From an uncultured Planctomycetia bacterium (GTDB lineage: Bacteria; Omnitrophota; Gorgyraeia; 1-14-0-20-64-10), in assembly GCA_964373715.1 (NCBI GenBank), contig CAYJVR010000001.1, forward strand, positions 333,888 through 397,887: DNA of 64,000 bases. Reading direction: 5' to 3'. Below, one piece after another: positions 8,214 through 17,961 of the stretch (the first letter of the stretch is position 1; every line of letters starts with the position of its first letter). The notes under the pieces were generated by a model that did not search any database, was not told the origin of the DNA, and worked only from the letters and a program-made list of their open reading frames with translations. Position numbers and translations under genes: made by a program.

Positions 8214-9523
8214 ACCCGGGAGATTTCCGCCCGGAGCGATTTCCGCGCCTTTTCTGGGACTCTGGAGGGAGGGGTCTTTTCTGCGGTTCCGCGGAACAGT
8301 TTGGAAAGAAACCAGGAGGAATAAACGATTAGTAGTGTGTCAATCAGAGGGATTCGCCAGCGAATCTCCGTGTTGAAGATCATGCCGGTGATCAGCGTAA
8401 TCAGCAGAAGCGTGAGAGCCGCGAAGACGGCGTCCGGCCGGCGCTGAGAAAGCCGTCGGAGCAATCCCCAGAACCCGAACAAAAACAGCGGCACGCTGGC
8501 CAACCCGGAGACGAGAACCTCTTTGGGTCCGTAAGCCATCGGATGGACCCAGGGCCGCCAGAAGATGCGGAACCGCTCCGTCATCATCCAGAGGCTCCTC
8601 CGCGGATCTTTTTTAAAGTTCGCGGCGCCGCGCTGAAAGTAAAAGCGGTCACGCGAGGCCGGACCCAAGCGCCCGATCTCCGATTCGAAAGCGGGCAGTT
8701 CCTCCATCCAGAGGTTCTCCTGGATTTTCTTGAATTCTTCCGGGGTTCCGGCGCGGAACAGGCGCGCGCTTGTGTCCGAGTTCCCGATCCAGAAATTGAG
8801 GCCCGAGCCGTCCAGAATCAGCGAGAATTCGTTCCAGCGCCGGTGCGCCCACAGAGAGATCGGCGAGATCACAAGGGAGCCGACAGCCGCCGTTAACACC
8901 GCCGCCGCGAGCCCTTTTTTTAGGTTATTTTGGAACGCAAGCAGGATTGCCAGCATCGCGCCCGGCAGGGTCAACAGGATGGTTCCCTTGATCAGCGCCG
9001 CGCACCCGAAAGCAGCGCCCGCCAGCAGTGCCGAATACAGGTTTTTTAGATCTAAAAGCCGGAACAAGAAGAAGTAGTTCAATAGGACGAAAAATGTAAA
9101 AAAGGTTTCCGGCGCGATGGTCGCGCAGTGGTAGATCAGGAACGGGTGGCATGCGAACAGCCCCAGCGCGATCAGTCCGGCCGGCACGCCACCGATCGTC
9201 ATGCCGATGCCGAAAAGGAGCCAGCCCGCCGCAGTCGCGGCCGCGCTCTGGACCACCCGTACGGCGGTGAAATTTTCAATCCCGAAGATCTTGTAGAGGC
9301 CGCCGAGCAGAAACGGGTAGCCCGGCGCCCGGTAGACGATCATAGGCTCCATCTCCGGCGGGTAGAACCCCCGCCCCTGCGCGACGGCGGTAGCGACCCG
9401 GGAATAATCGTACCCGTCGGCGTAGAAATAATCGCCCGCCGGAATCTGGAGCATGAAGACGATCCGGAGGATGAAGCCGAGCGCCAACAAACCGAACAGG
9501 GCCTGCTTCTGCCTCGGGCTCAT
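8210..9523 (-). CDS. GT-C fold glycosyltransferase, ArnT/PMT (GT83/GT39) family
   Basis: 437 aa. The N-terminal DYFYADGYDY…RAPGYPFLLGGLYKIFG matches the PMT_2/ArnT signature (DE…RxPGYP), followed by multiple TM helices. Confidence 0.6.
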   Translation of the reverse strand: MSPRQKQALFGLLALGFILRIVFMLQIPAGDYFYADGYDYSRVATAVAQGRGFYPPEMEPMIVYRAPGYPFLLGGLYKIFGIENFTAVRVVQSAAATAAGWLLFGIGMTIGGVPAGLIALGLFACHPFLIYHCATIAPETFFTFFVLLNYFFLFRLLDLKNLYSALLAGAAFGCAALIKGTILLTLPGAMLAILLAFQNNLKKGLAAAVLTAAVGSLVISPISLWAHRRWNEFSLILDGSGLNFWIGNSDTSARLFRAGTPEEFKKIQENLWMEELPAFESEIGRLGPASRDRFYFQRGAANFKKDPRRSLWMMTERFRIFWRPWVHPMAYGPKEVLVSGLASVPLFLFGFWGLLRRLSQRRPDAVFAALTLLLITLITGMIFNTEIRWRIPLIDTLLIVYSSWFLSKLFRGTAEKTPPSRVPEKARKSLRAEISRV

Positions 9524-10530
9524 CGGGCGGCCACGGCCAGCTTGGGGCCGTTTTCAAGCGGCTGATCCGGCCGCTTGCTCAGCTGAATCCCCATCGTATC
9601 CCCTTTTCTGCAAGCCGCCGCTAGCAAAGTGAACAAGGTTACCGGAACCGCCAGCAGCGCACCGGTACAGGCTTCCAGCAGCAAGAGGTATTTAGGAAGC
9701 GGTTTGCCCTGCCCCTGGCTCGAGAGTGCCCGGAAGAATGCGTGGTCATCCCGGAAAATGGCGCTTAAAAGGCTGAATAGCACCGTCGCGGGGCTGTATT
9801 CAACCGAGAAAAACCGGATCTGTTCGATTTTCAAACCCGCTTTTTCCGCCAGCAGTTCCAGCGAAGCCGGCGTGAAATGGAACCGGTGCCTCGGCAAATC
9901 GTAGGCCAGCCAGTCGGTTTTGAGCCAGCGGGCTGAAAGGGATCCCGCGTTCGGCAACTCGACGGTGATCAGCCCGCCCGGCGCCAGCACGCGGCGGGCT
10001 TCCTTCAATTGTTTCAGCGGGTCCGCGAGGTGCTCAACGACGTGAACTATCGAGATGAAGTCAAAGAAGCCGTCTGGGTAGCCGGCTTGGAGCAGATCCC
10101 CGTGGAAGACGTTTTTCAGGCCGAGCTGTTCCCGAGCGAACCGGGCCGCGGAGAGAGAGACCTGGGTGCCGTAGACTGGATGCCCGAGCTGCTGGAGCCG
10201 CTGGAGCGTGTAGCCCCGGCCGCAGCCGATGTCCAGCACCCGGCCGTTTCCGGCCTTGCCCCGGAGAGTCCGGTGGATCCGAGCGGCGCGCCGGTTCCGG
10301 AAAAACCGCATGAATCGCTCTGCGAGACTGAGCTGGAACCGGTCGGCGTTCCCTTCGGAATAGTAATCCTCGTAGAGGGCCGCCAGCTCTTTTTCGGAGA
10401 GAACGGGTGTCGTGGAAATCAGGCCGCACCCTCCGCAGCGCAGCAGCGTGTAGGGCCCGCGGCGGAGATGGACCTCCTGTCCGGACGCAGTCTCGCAGAG
10501 GGAGCACTCTGCCCTCACATAAAGGCTCAT
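9520..10530 (-). CDS. Class I SAM-dependent methyltransferase with N-terminal Cys4 zinc ribbon
   Basis: 336 aa. CSLCE…CGGCG zinc ribbon, then [10 protein letters not shown] (motif I) and …[11 protein letters not shown]. Confidence 0.65.
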   Translation of the reverse strand: MSLYVRAECSLCETASGQEVHLRRGPYTLLRCGGCGLISTTPVLSEKELAALYEDYYSEGNADRFQLSLAERFMRFFRNRRAARIHRTLRGKAGNGRVLDIGCGRGYTLQRLQQLGHPVYGTQVSLSAARFAREQLGLKNVFHGDLLQAGYPDGFFDFISIVHVVEHLADPLKQLKEARRVLAPGGLITVELPNAGSLSARWLKTDWLAYDLPRHRFHFTPASLELLAEKAGLKIEQIRFFSVEYSPATVLFSLLSAIFRDDHAFFRALSSQGQGKPLPKYLLLLEACTGALLAVPVTLFTLLAAACRKGDTMGIQLSKRPDQPLENGPKLAVAAR

Positions 10531-11318
10531 AGCGCTTTCTTCGATACCGTCGATGGGAGCAGCGAGAGCGTTCTGCCGCTCTCCTCGAAAATGGGATACC
10601 TGCGGATTCCCGCCCGATGGAGCAGGAACTTGGCCGTTGTGTCCAGGACGCCGATGCCGTATTGGATGCTCCGCGGAAGGTTGATCGAGGAGGCTTCCCC
10701 GAAATAAAGCGTTGGGCAGGTGATTTCCGCGATTTCGTAACCGAAATAGACCAGTTGGACGAGCATCTCGTTGTCGAACACGAAATCATCCGAGTTTTCT
10801 TCCAGAGGCAGTTCCAGCAGAACCTTCCGGGAGAACGCCCGGTAGCCCGTATGGTATTCGGAAAGCTTCCGGCCGAAGCAGAGGTTCTGTGCCAGGGTCA
10901 GCACGCGGTTCGCGGCGTACTTGTGCAGGGGCATCCCTCCCGCGAGGGCTCCCTTTCCGAGCACCCGGGAGCCGAGGACCGCCTCGTAAACCCCGTAGGC
11001 GATCATGGAGGCCATCGCCTGGGTCAGCTTCGGGGTGTACTGGTAGTCGGGGTGGACCATGACCACGATGTCGGCGTCATGCTCCAGCGCCGTCCGGTAG
11101 CAGGTTTTCTGGTTTCCGCCGTAGCCCCGGTTTTCCGGATGGATCACCGTTTTGATCCCCAGCTCGCGCGCCACCTGGGCGGTGTTGTCCCGGCTGGCGT
11201 CGTCCACGAGAATGACTTCGTCAACCACGTCGAGAGGGATCTCGTCGTAGGTTTTCCGGATGGTCCGCTCCGCGTTGTAGGCCGGCATGACGACGACAAT
11301 TTTCTTTCCGTTGATCAT
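10527..11318 (-). CDS. GT2 glycosyltransferase, DPM1-like polyprenyl-phosphate sugar synthase
   Basis: 263 aa. [14 protein letters not shown]…[12 protein letters not shown]…NRGYGGNQK…[12 protein letters not shown]. This is the intact paralogue of the pseudogene at 4859..5373. Confidence 0.7.
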   Translation of the reverse strand: MINGKKIVVVMPAYNAERTIRKTYDEIPLDVVDEVILVDDASRDNTAQVARELGIKTVIHPENRGYGGNQKTCYRTALEHDADIVVMVHPDYQYTPKLTQAMASMIAYGVYEAVLGSRVLGKGALAGGMPLHKYAANRVLTLAQNLCFGRKLSEYHTGYRAFSRKVLLELPLEENSDDFVFDNEMLVQLVYFGYEIAEITCPTLYFGEASSINLPRSIQYGIGVLDTTAKFLLHRAGIRRYPIFEESGRTLSLLPSTVSKKAL

Positions 11319-12646
11319 GTTTTTAGCGTCCCGGAAACTCGGCTTTTGAAAAATGCCTCGACTGTTTCCAACACATACCCGATCATCTCCTCTGTCAGTC
11401 CGGGATACACCCCGATGAAGAAAGTGTCCCGCATGATTTTATCAGCCTGCTCCAAGGTTCCGGCCGTCCGGTGAGGAATACTTTGAAAGGCCGGCTGGCG
11501 CAGCAGATTTCCGCCGAAAACCGACCGGGTTTCGATCTTTGCGTTCTCCAGGTGAGTCACCAGTTCTCCCCGCGAGGAGTCTTCCTTGACTGTCAGCGCG
11601 AAACCGAACCAGCAAGGGTTTGCCCTTGGGTCCCGTGTTGGCAGGATAAGAAATTCCTCGAACGGTTTGAGCCCCTCGTAGAGGAGGCCGAAATTCCGCC
11701 GCCTCTTGGCGACGAAGTCCTCCAGCCGGTCGAGCTGGGCCAGGCCGACCGCCGCCTGCAGGTCGGTCGGTTTGAAATTATAACCGATGTGGGAGTAGAT
11801 GTATTTGTGGTCGTAGCCTTTCGGAAGCCCGCCCAGTTCCCAGTCGAACCGTTTGCCGCAGGTGTTCGACTCTCCCGGCACGCACCAGCAGTCCCGTCCC
11901 CAGTCACGAATCGACCGGGCCGGTTTAGAAAGGGCTGTTTTGTTGACGACAAGCCCCCCTCCTTCCCCCATGGTGATCTGATGGGCCGGATAGAAGCTCA
12001 GCGTGGCCAGCTCGCCGAATGTTCCCAGTTTTTTCCCCTGAAAGGTTCCCCCCAGCGCGTCGCAGCAATCTTCAATAAGGTAAAGGTTATGCCGTCTGAC
12101 GATTTCCGTGATCGCGTCCATGTCGCAGGGCACTCCCAGGGTGTGCGCGATCATGATCGCTCTCGTTTTCGGGGAGACCGCCCGCTCGATGAGCTTCGGG
12201 TTGATGTTGTAGGTGCCGATCTCGGCGTCCACGAAGACCGGCACGAGGCCGCAATGGACGATCGGGGCCAATGTTGTCGGGAAGCCGACCGCGCAGGTGA
12301 TGACTTCATCGCCCGCTTTAAGGGGGTTCTGTATCTGTGGAGACATGAGGGTCATGACCGCCAGCAGGTTCGCCGTGGAGCCGGAATTGACGCAGAGAAA
12401 GTCCCTCGCTCCGAAACTGTCCCTCATACGTTTCTCGAATTTATCCCCGTAAGGCCCAAGCGTCAGCCAGAAGTCCAGCGCGCTGTCCACCAGGTTGGTC
12501 ATTTCTTCCGGACCGAACACTCTGCCGGCATAGTGGACCTTGCTCTGGCCGGGCGTAAACTCTTTTGGGCCGTGGACGAGCCGGTAATAGTCCGCAACCT
12601 TCTCGAGGATTTCCTCCTTCAGTTTTTTAGGATCAGCTGTTGGCAT
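11315..12646 (-). CDS. ddhC: CDP-6-deoxy-D-xylo-4-hexulose-3-dehydrase (E1), DegT family, PMP/[2Fe-2S]
   Basis: Near-colinear with RfbH/DdhC: …[10 protein letters not shown]…[11 protein letters not shown]…[14 protein letters not shown]…[20 protein letters not shown]…. The Cys-X57-C-X-C-X7-C ligand pattern is retained. Start placed at MPTADPKK, because the 62-codon upstream extension is Arg-rich and overlaps the neighbouring gene. Confidence 0.8.
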   Translation of the reverse strand: MPTADPKKLKEEILEKVADYYRLVHGPKEFTPGQSKVHYAGRVFGPEEMTNLVDSALDFWLTLGPYGDKFEKRMRDSFGARDFLCVNSGSTANLLAVMTLMSPQIQNPLKAGDEVITCAVGFPTTLAPIVHCGLVPVFVDAEIGTYNINPKLIERAVSPKTRAIMIAHTLGVPCDMDAITEIVRRHNLYLIEDCCDALGGTFQGKKLGTFGELATLSFYPAHQITMGEGGGLVVNKTALSKPARSIRDWGRDCWCVPGESNTCGKRFDWELGGLPKGYDHKYIYSHIGYNFKPTDLQAAVGLAQLDRLEDFVAKRRRNFGLLYEGLKPFEEFLILPTRDPRANPCWFGFALTVKEDSSRGELVTHLENAKIETRSVFGGNLLRQPAFQSIPHRTAGTLEQADKIMRDTFFIGVYPGLTEEMIGYVLETVEAFFKSRVSGTLKT

Positions 12647-13583
12647 AGCGGTTTCTGAACCATGCGACAGTTTTTTCAATCCCCTGCTCCAGCGAAACGG
12701 CCGGCTGCCAGCCGAGGAGTTCCCTTGCGCGGGTGACATCGGCCTCGACGCGCCAAATCTCATTCTCCCGGTCGGGAATCGCGCCGAATGCCGGCTCGAT
12801 ACCGGGGAAATGGCTTGTGACCGCCGAAACAAGCTCTTTCAGCGCGATCGGCCTGCCCGAAGCGATGTTCATGACGGCCGGCATCCTGATCGGGGCTTCG
12901 GCGGCCTTCAGGTACGCCTCCACAACATCGTCTACAAACAGGTAATCCCGTACCTGCCGGCAGGTCGTCAGCCTCGGGGATTCGTTTTTCATACAGGAGC
13001 GGATCACCGTTGGAACGAACTTATAATCCCCCTCCCCCGGCCCATAGACTGAAAAGGGCCGCAGGATCACGACCGGGAGCTTGTCCTGGGAGGCCATCTT
13101 CAGAGCGATCGTGGTAGCGGTCGCTTTCGATGTGCCGTAGACTCCAACCGGCTCGAGAGTCTCCTCCTCTTTCATCGGATGGTCTTTTGCCCCGTACTCC
13201 GCCCATGTTCCGGTGGCGACAATTCTGCGGCAGAGGGTTGCCTTCAGGCCTTCCAGCAGGTGTACCGTTCCCCGAACGTTGATATCCACGGCCAGCCCCA
13301 GCTCATGTTCATCGTAATTGACACCGTAAGCCGCCAGGTGGAAGACGGTGTCCGGCGAGGCTTCGGCGCAGGCTGCGCGCACTTCCTCCAGGTTCCGGAT
13401 GTCAACGGTCTTCAGCCGGATGCGCTGTTGCGCCTCATCCAGCCGCCATAGCCGGTCGGAAGAGGCGGACCAGGCATGCACATCGGCCCCGAGCCCCGCA
13501 AGCTGTTTTGCCAGATGAGATCCGATGAATCCTGTCGCTCCGGTGACAAGAACCTTGCGCTCTTTCCAGTAGGCCGTGTTCAT
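12633..13583 (-). CDS. NAD-dependent epimerase/dehydratase (SDR); candidate CDP-3,6-dideoxyhexose synthase (RfbS/RfbJ-like)
   Basis: 316 aa. VLVTGATGFIGSHL…YGTSK catalytic motif. Its position between ddhC and the RmlC-like gene supports the call. Confidence 0.55.
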   Translation of the reverse strand: MNTAYWKERKVLVTGATGFIGSHLAKQLAGLGADVHAWSASSDRLWRLDEAQQRIRLKTVDIRNLEEVRAACAEASPDTVFHLAAYGVNYDEHELGLAVDINVRGTVHLLEGLKATLCRRIVATGTWAEYGAKDHPMKEEETLEPVGVYGTSKATATTIALKMASQDKLPVVILRPFSVYGPGEGDYKFVPTVIRSCMKNESPRLTTCRQVRDYLFVDDVVEAYLKAAEAPIRMPAVMNIASGRPIALKELVSAVTSHFPGIEPAFGAIPDRENEIWRVEADVTRARELLGWQPAVSLEQGIEKTVAWFRNRYANS

Positions 13584-13620
13584 GGGATATGTCCGGGAAA
13601 CCGGCGAAGCACTTCCTCCG

Positions 13621-14070
13621 TTAGCGGTTCTTTAAGCTCCAGACGTAAGGGATTTTGTCGGAATGGGGGTCAAGCCTCTGCATTTCGGCCGGATCGTGCG
13701 GAATCGTGGCGCAGTTCGCGACAATCGCAGGCGATGCGCCGATCCCTTTAAAACCGTTCCAGACCAGCGGGGGCACCTTGACCAGCGCATAGTTGGAGTC
13801 ACCGATAAAAATCTCCTGGACGGCGCCGAACGTCCGGGAGCCCTGCCGGTCGTCGTAAAGCACAAGTTTGATCAATCCGCTGACGACCGCGTAGTTCAGC
13901 GTCATTGTGGAGTGCAGGTGCCAGCCCTTGACCACGCCCGGGTAGACCGTTGAAAAATAAATCTCGCCGAATTTTTCAAAATGGGGGTCGCTGTTCTTGA
14001 GCATGTGCATGATTTTCCCCCGCTCGTCCGGGATTTGGTTCAGCGGGTGGATCAGCACCCCGTCAATCAT
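13621..14070 (-). CDS. Small RmlC-like cupin (NDP-4-keto-6-deoxyhexose 3,5-epimerase family)
   Basis: 149 aa. …[13 protein letters not shown]…[20 protein letters not shown]… is typical of the short dTDP-4-dehydrorhamnose 3,5-epimerase-like fold. Confidence 0.55.
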   Translation of the reverse strand: MIDGVLIHPLNQIPDERGKIMHMLKNSDPHFEKFGEIYFSTVYPGVVKGWHLHSTMTLNYAVVSGLIKLVLYDDRQGSRTFGAVQEIFIGDSNYALVKVPPLVWNGFKGIGASPAIVANCATIPHDPAEMQRLDPHSDKIPYVWSLKNR

Positions 14071-15079
14071 TGTTTGTCCCCGCCCTGAAGAAATCCTGGT
14101 ACCAGCGGATCGTGCGTGTCAGGCCTTCCTCGGTGCTGAAGACAGGATTCCAGCCGAGCTTTTTCTTCGCCTTGCTCGCGTCCAGGTACTGGTGCGGGAT
14201 CTCGTTTGAGATCTGGTTGAGGACGACCGGCTGAAGGTCTTCTCTCCTCATGAGCTTGAGTATCTGCAGCGTGATTTGTGAAACCGACATCGGCTGTTCG
14301 TAGCTGAAGTTCACCGCCTCCCCCGCAAGCGACGGGTCTTCGATCAGCCTCTGCGCGAGCCGCAGGTAGGCGGTGGCGCCGTCCTCCACGTAGAAGTAGT
14401 CGCGGGTCATCTTGCCGTCGGAGCGGATCACCGGCTTCTCGTTGCGGATCACGGACCGAATCGTGCCCGGGATGATCCGGTTCCAGTTCAGGTCTCCCCC
14501 GCCGTACAGGTTGCCGCAGCGGGCGATCGCCACAGGTGTGCCGTACGATTTAGCGTAGGTCTGCGCGATCAGGTCGGCGCAGGATTTGCTGACGTCATAG
14601 GGGTGCCGGCCGACGAGAGGGGCCTCCTCCCGGTACGGCAGTTCGGCCTGCGTCCCGTATGCCTTGTCCGAGGAGGCCAGAACGATCCCCCTCACCGTCG
14701 GGGCCCGGCGCGCCGCTTCCAGAACGGTCCATGTGCCGCGGATGTTGGTGTCGAGCGTGGAGAGGGGGTTCCGGTTCGCGATCGTGACGATCGTCTGTGC
14801 GGCCAGGTGGAAGACCGCGTTGATCTCATATTCGCCGAGAACCCGCTCCATCAGCTCCTGGTCGGTGATCTCCCCGCGGACGACCCGGACCTGCTCGATG
14901 AGGCCTGACCGGCAGAGCTCCGACTGGGGGACCCAGTCCCGCATCAGCACGACCACATCGGCGCCGGCCTTCCGGAGGGTTCCGGTCAGCCAGCTTCCCT
15001 GCAGGCCGCTGGCTCCGGTAACAAGCACCGGCCTGTCCCGCCAGAACGCCGCGTCTGTCTTCAGTTCCAGATTTTCCAT
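14063..15079 (-). CDS. ddhB: CDP-glucose 4,6-dehydratase
   Basis: 338 aa. [20 protein letters not shown]… aligns with the RfbG N-terminus. SDR extended family. Confidence 0.75.
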   Translation of the reverse strand: MENLELKTDAAFWRDRPVLVTGASGLQGSWLTGTLRKAGADVVVLMRDWVPQSELCRSGLIEQVRVVRGEITDQELMERVLGEYEINAVFHLAAQTIVTIANRNPLSTLDTNIRGTWTVLEAARRAPTVRGIVLASSDKAYGTQAELPYREEAPLVGRHPYDVSKSCADLIAQTYAKSYGTPVAIARCGNLYGGGDLNWNRIIPGTIRSVIRNEKPVIRSDGKMTRDYFYVEDGATAYLRLAQRLIEDPSLAGEAVNFSYEQPMSVSQITLQILKLMRREDLQPVVLNQISNEIPHQYLDASKAKKKLGWNPVFSTEEGLTRTIRWYQDFFRAGTNND

Positions 15080-15888
15080 GGGGCCTTTCCGCTGTTCCAG
15101 AGGTCGTTCAGCAGTTTGAATTCTCGGTAGGTGTCCATCGGCTGCCAGAACCCGGCATGCGGGTAGACGGCTAGCTGTTTGTCCTTCGCCAGCCGCTGGA
15201 GCGGTTCCTGCTCAAGCACGAGGCTGTCCCGACCGTCGAAATATTTCTCAAGGAATTTCCGGTGGAACACGAAGAACCCGCCGTTGATCATCCCTTCGGT
15301 CACCTGGGGTTTCTCATTGAACTGGACTGCCTTATTTTCGGCATCCACTTCCAGTTCACCGAACCGGCCGGGAGGACGGACGCCGGTCACCGTTCCGATC
15401 TTTCCGTGCTTCCGGTGGAACTCCAGCAGTTTTGTGAGATTGATGTCCCCGAGGCCGTCTCCGTAGGTCAGGCAGAAAAGATCTCCGGTCAGGTATTTCC
15501 CCGCTCGGAACACCCTGGCCCCTGTTTGCGCCGCGAGCCCGGTTTCCGCGAGCGTGACCTTCCAATCCTCCCCGTTTCCGTGGTGGTTCGCGTGGTACTC
15601 TACCTGCTGTGAATTCCCCAAACGGACCGTGAAATCGGCCTGGTAAGCCTGGTAGTTCAGGAAGAAGTCTTTGATAATGTGGCCCTTGTAGCCAAGGCAG
15701 AGGATGAAATTACGAAACCCGTGCGCTCCATAGAGCTTCATGATATGCCACAGGATGGGATGCCCGCCGATCTCCAGCATCGGTTTCGGCCTAAACTCGG
15801 TCTCCTCGTGCAGGCGGCTTCCCAGCCCGCCGCAGAGGATCATGACGGGTGGCCTCCCTTCCTCTATATTCGGTCTTTTTGTTCCCAT
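15061..15888 (-). CDS. ddhA: Glucose-1-phosphate cytidylyltransferase
   Basis: 275 aa. [10 protein letters not shown]…[19 protein letters not shown]…YGDGL…GFWQPMDT…GKAPWKIW is near-colinear with RfbF. Confidence 0.85.
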   Translation of the reverse strand: MGTKRPNIEEGRPPVMILCGGLGSRLHEETEFRPKPMLEIGGHPILWHIMKLYGAHGFRNFILCLGYKGHIIKDFFLNYQAYQADFTVRLGNSQQVEYHANHHGNGEDWKVTLAETGLAAQTGARVFRAGKYLTGDLFCLTYGDGLGDINLTKLLEFHRKHGKIGTVTGVRPPGRFGELEVDAENKAVQFNEKPQVTEGMINGGFFVFHRKFLEKYFDGRDSLVLEQEPLQRLAKDKQLAVYPHAGFWQPMDTYREFKLLNDLWNSGKAPWKIWN

Positions 15889-15895
15889 CTCAGTC

Positions 15896-17023
15896 TCATT
15901 TTACCACGAGGGAAAGTTCCCTGGATAGGTTCCGTAGCGGAAGAAGGTCGAGAAAAACCTCCGCCAGTGTTTCCCTGCCGTATCTCTGGGCCGTCCGGGT
16001 GCTGTTTTGCGCTAAGGATTTCCGCAGATCTTCCTGAAGGCAAACGGTCCGGATTGCTTCGGCGAGCGCTGCCGGCTGGGCGGCCGGGACCAAAAGGCAG
16101 TTGATCCCCTTCTGCGCGTATTCGGAGACTCCGCCGCAGGCTGTTGTGACGACTACGCACCCGCAGGCCATCGCCTCCAGCGGCGGCAGAGGAAACCCTT
16201 CCATCAGCGATGAGAGAACGAAAATATCGCAGCGGCGGTAGAAAGCGGCCATTTGCTCCTCCGATGTGGCATGAACAGCCTCGGATTCAATTCCCTTGGG
16301 CAGAGGGACTTCTCCGGCAACAGGAGAGGCAACGAGAATGGTGAGATCCCGGCGGAGGTCGGGCAGCTGTTCAAGTGCTTTCAAGAAATCACCGTAGCCT
16401 TTTGTCCCCCCCTTCCGGCCGATTGTTCCGATTGTTAGTTTTCCGGATCTCTTTTGTCGTTGAGCGGGGGTGAATACCTGCAGGTTCAATGCCGGCGGAT
16501 AGACGACGCGCGCGTCCGGCCGGCCGATCTTTTCCTTCACCCAGCCGGAAACGCAGAAGATTTGCACCGGCAGCCGGTAGCTGAATGTCGCCAGCCGGTA
16601 ACGGAAGAACCGGCTGACCGGCCCCGCTTCAGCCAGCCTGCCGTGGCTGCCGGCCTCGTACGCCTGGAGATACCAGAAAATTTCCGGTTTTCGTTTCTGA
16701 AACCGGCTCGAGAGCCAGGTGCACCAGGCGGTCAGGTAATAGTTCGGCAAGACCAGCTCCGTCTCCCGTGCGCTGATCACGCAGAGCTTGAGGTAATAAA
16801 AGAGCTGGCGCACCGTTTTCGGCAGGAACCGGGGACCGCAGGAGATTATCCGGACCGAAACCCCGGGCTCAATCGGGAACGGGCATTCGGCCCCGTAATC
16901 GGGCGCGAGGAACAGCACGGTTGATCCCCGGCGCGCTATTGCGTTGGCCAGCAGGACGAGGACCTTCACCCCGCCGGAGATGTGAAACGACCCCACCGGT
17001 ATTGTGATGCGGGAGGTTGTCAT
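15896..17023 (-). CDS. GT4 (GT-B) glycosyltransferase
   Basis: Start taken at MTTSRITIPVGSFHISGG…. C-terminal EGFPLPPLEAMACGCVVVTT is the GT4 signature. The upstream 98-codon extension in the ORF track is Arg/Pro-rich and overlaps the next gene. Confidence 0.7.
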   Translation of the reverse strand: MTTSRITIPVGSFHISGGVKVLVLLANAIARRGSTVLFLAPDYGAECPFPIEPGVSVRIISCGPRFLPKTVRQLFYYLKLCVISARETELVLPNYYLTAWCTWLSSRFQKRKPEIFWYLQAYEAGSHGRLAEAGPVSRFFRYRLATFSYRLPVQIFCVSGWVKEKIGRPDARVVYPPALNLQVFTPAQRQKRSGKLTIGTIGRKGGTKGYGDFLKALEQLPDLRRDLTILVASPVAGEVPLPKGIESEAVHATSEEQMAAFYRRCDIFVLSSLMEGFPLPPLEAMACGCVVVTTACGGVSEYAQKGINCLLVPAAQPAALAEAIRTVCLQEDLRKSLAQNSTRTAQRYGRETLAEVFLDLLPLRNLSRELSLVVK

Positions 17024-17961
17024 CCCTGCCCCTTCAGCGACCAGGCCCACCGCCGCAGGCGCCTGCTCGTTTTGCCGCCTAAAAGGGAGCCCCCTCCGAC
17101 TCTCCAGAACTGGGAATCCTGCACAATCGCCGGCGTTGTGCCGAACGCCTTCTTGAGGTAGCGCCGGGCGGAGATGGAATCGCCGCACAGGTTGGCGCTG
17201 TAGGCCACCGTCACGTATCCCCTGGCCTGGGCGTAGCTCTTCAGCGGTCGGAGTTTTTCCGAAATGGAGCTGTCCGAGAAGAGCTGTTCGAGAACCTGGA
17301 GCCTCTCTTTCGCCCATCCCTCAGGGTCCGACGAGGTCTTCGATCCAGTCCAAAGCCGGAACCGGGCCAGGGGCGGCCCCTCCACCCGGCCAAAAACAAC
17401 ACCCTTTGCTGCGGCCCGAAGCCAGAGGTCGTAGTCGAGGCAGTACCTGAGCGAGAGGTCCAGCATGCCAATTTTCTCCAGGGCCTGCCGCCGTATGAAG
17501 ACGGTCGGCTGCGGGATGAAATTTTCAAGCAGGAGGCGCTTGAGGCTGAACTCCGGCGGAGAATAGGTCCTCTCCTCCGGCTGGCCCGTGAAGAAGGAGT
17601 TGCACGGTCCATAAACGATGCCGGTTTCCGGATATTTTTCGAAATAGGCGGCGGCCGCGGCGATTGCGCCAGGTTTGTATTGGTCATCCGCGTTAAGATA
17701 GGCCAGGATATCGCCGGAAGATTTCTGCCAGCCCCTGTTGATCGCGTCGGCTTGGCCCTTGTCTTTTTCACTGACCCATGAGGCCAGCCGGTCCGAATGC
17801 CTTTTCAATATATCGATGCTGATGTCGGAGGATCCTCCGTCCAGCACGTGGTACTGCACGCGGGGATAGGACTGGTTCAATACGGAAAGGACCGTTTCTT
17901 CCAGGAATTGCGCCTGGTTATAAGAGGGGGTGACCACAGAGACAAGGGGCCGTGGGATCAC
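17020..17961 (-). CDS. GT2 glycosyltransferase
   Basis: …PLVSVVTPSYNQAQFLEETVLSVLNQSY…LDGGSSD… is the classic GT2 N-terminus. Start proposed at the GTG at 17961..17959, which forms a GTGA overlap with the upstream GT4 stop. The ATG-started ORF would overlap that gene by about 90 nt. Confidence 0.65.
   Translation of the reverse strand: MIPRPLVSVVTPSYNQAQFLEETVLSVLNQSYPRVQYHVLDGGSSDISIDILKRHSDRLASWVSEKDKGQADAINRGWQKSSGDILAYLNADDQYKPGAIAAAAAYFEKYPETGIVYGPCNSFFTGQPEERTYSPPEFSLKRLLLENFIPQPTVFIRRQALEKIGMLDLSLRYCLDYDLWLRAAAKGVVFGRVEGPPLARFRLWTGSKTSSDPEGWAKERLQVLEQLFSDSSISEKLRPLKSYAQARGYVTVAYSANLCGDSISARRYLKKAFGTTPAIVQDSQFWRVGGGSLLGGKTSRRLRRWAWSLKGQG

Noticed and set aside
11471-12658. Long plus-strand ORFs (for example 395 aa at 11471..12658, 314 aa at 32208..33152 and 334 aa at 59623..60627) lying opposite the minus-strand genes
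   Set aside because: They are Arg/Pro/Gly/His-rich, low-complexity antisense translations, typical of high-GC DNA. They have no family motifs and no RBS. Each fully overlaps a well-supported minus-strand gene.
12647-12832. N-terminal extensions in the ORF track for ddhC. The same applies to GT4 15896.., wzt, neuA-like, neuC-like, neuB-2, the acetyltransferase, the GT-B 33146.., uxs, ugd, accD, the GGDEF gene and the SPOR protein.
   Set aside because: The extensions are Arg/Gly/Pro-rich and overlap the upstream gene by tens to hundreds of nt. In each case an internal Met or GTG coincides exactly with a 1-4-nt overlap to the neighbour and with the conserved family N-terminus, so I trimmed the starts.
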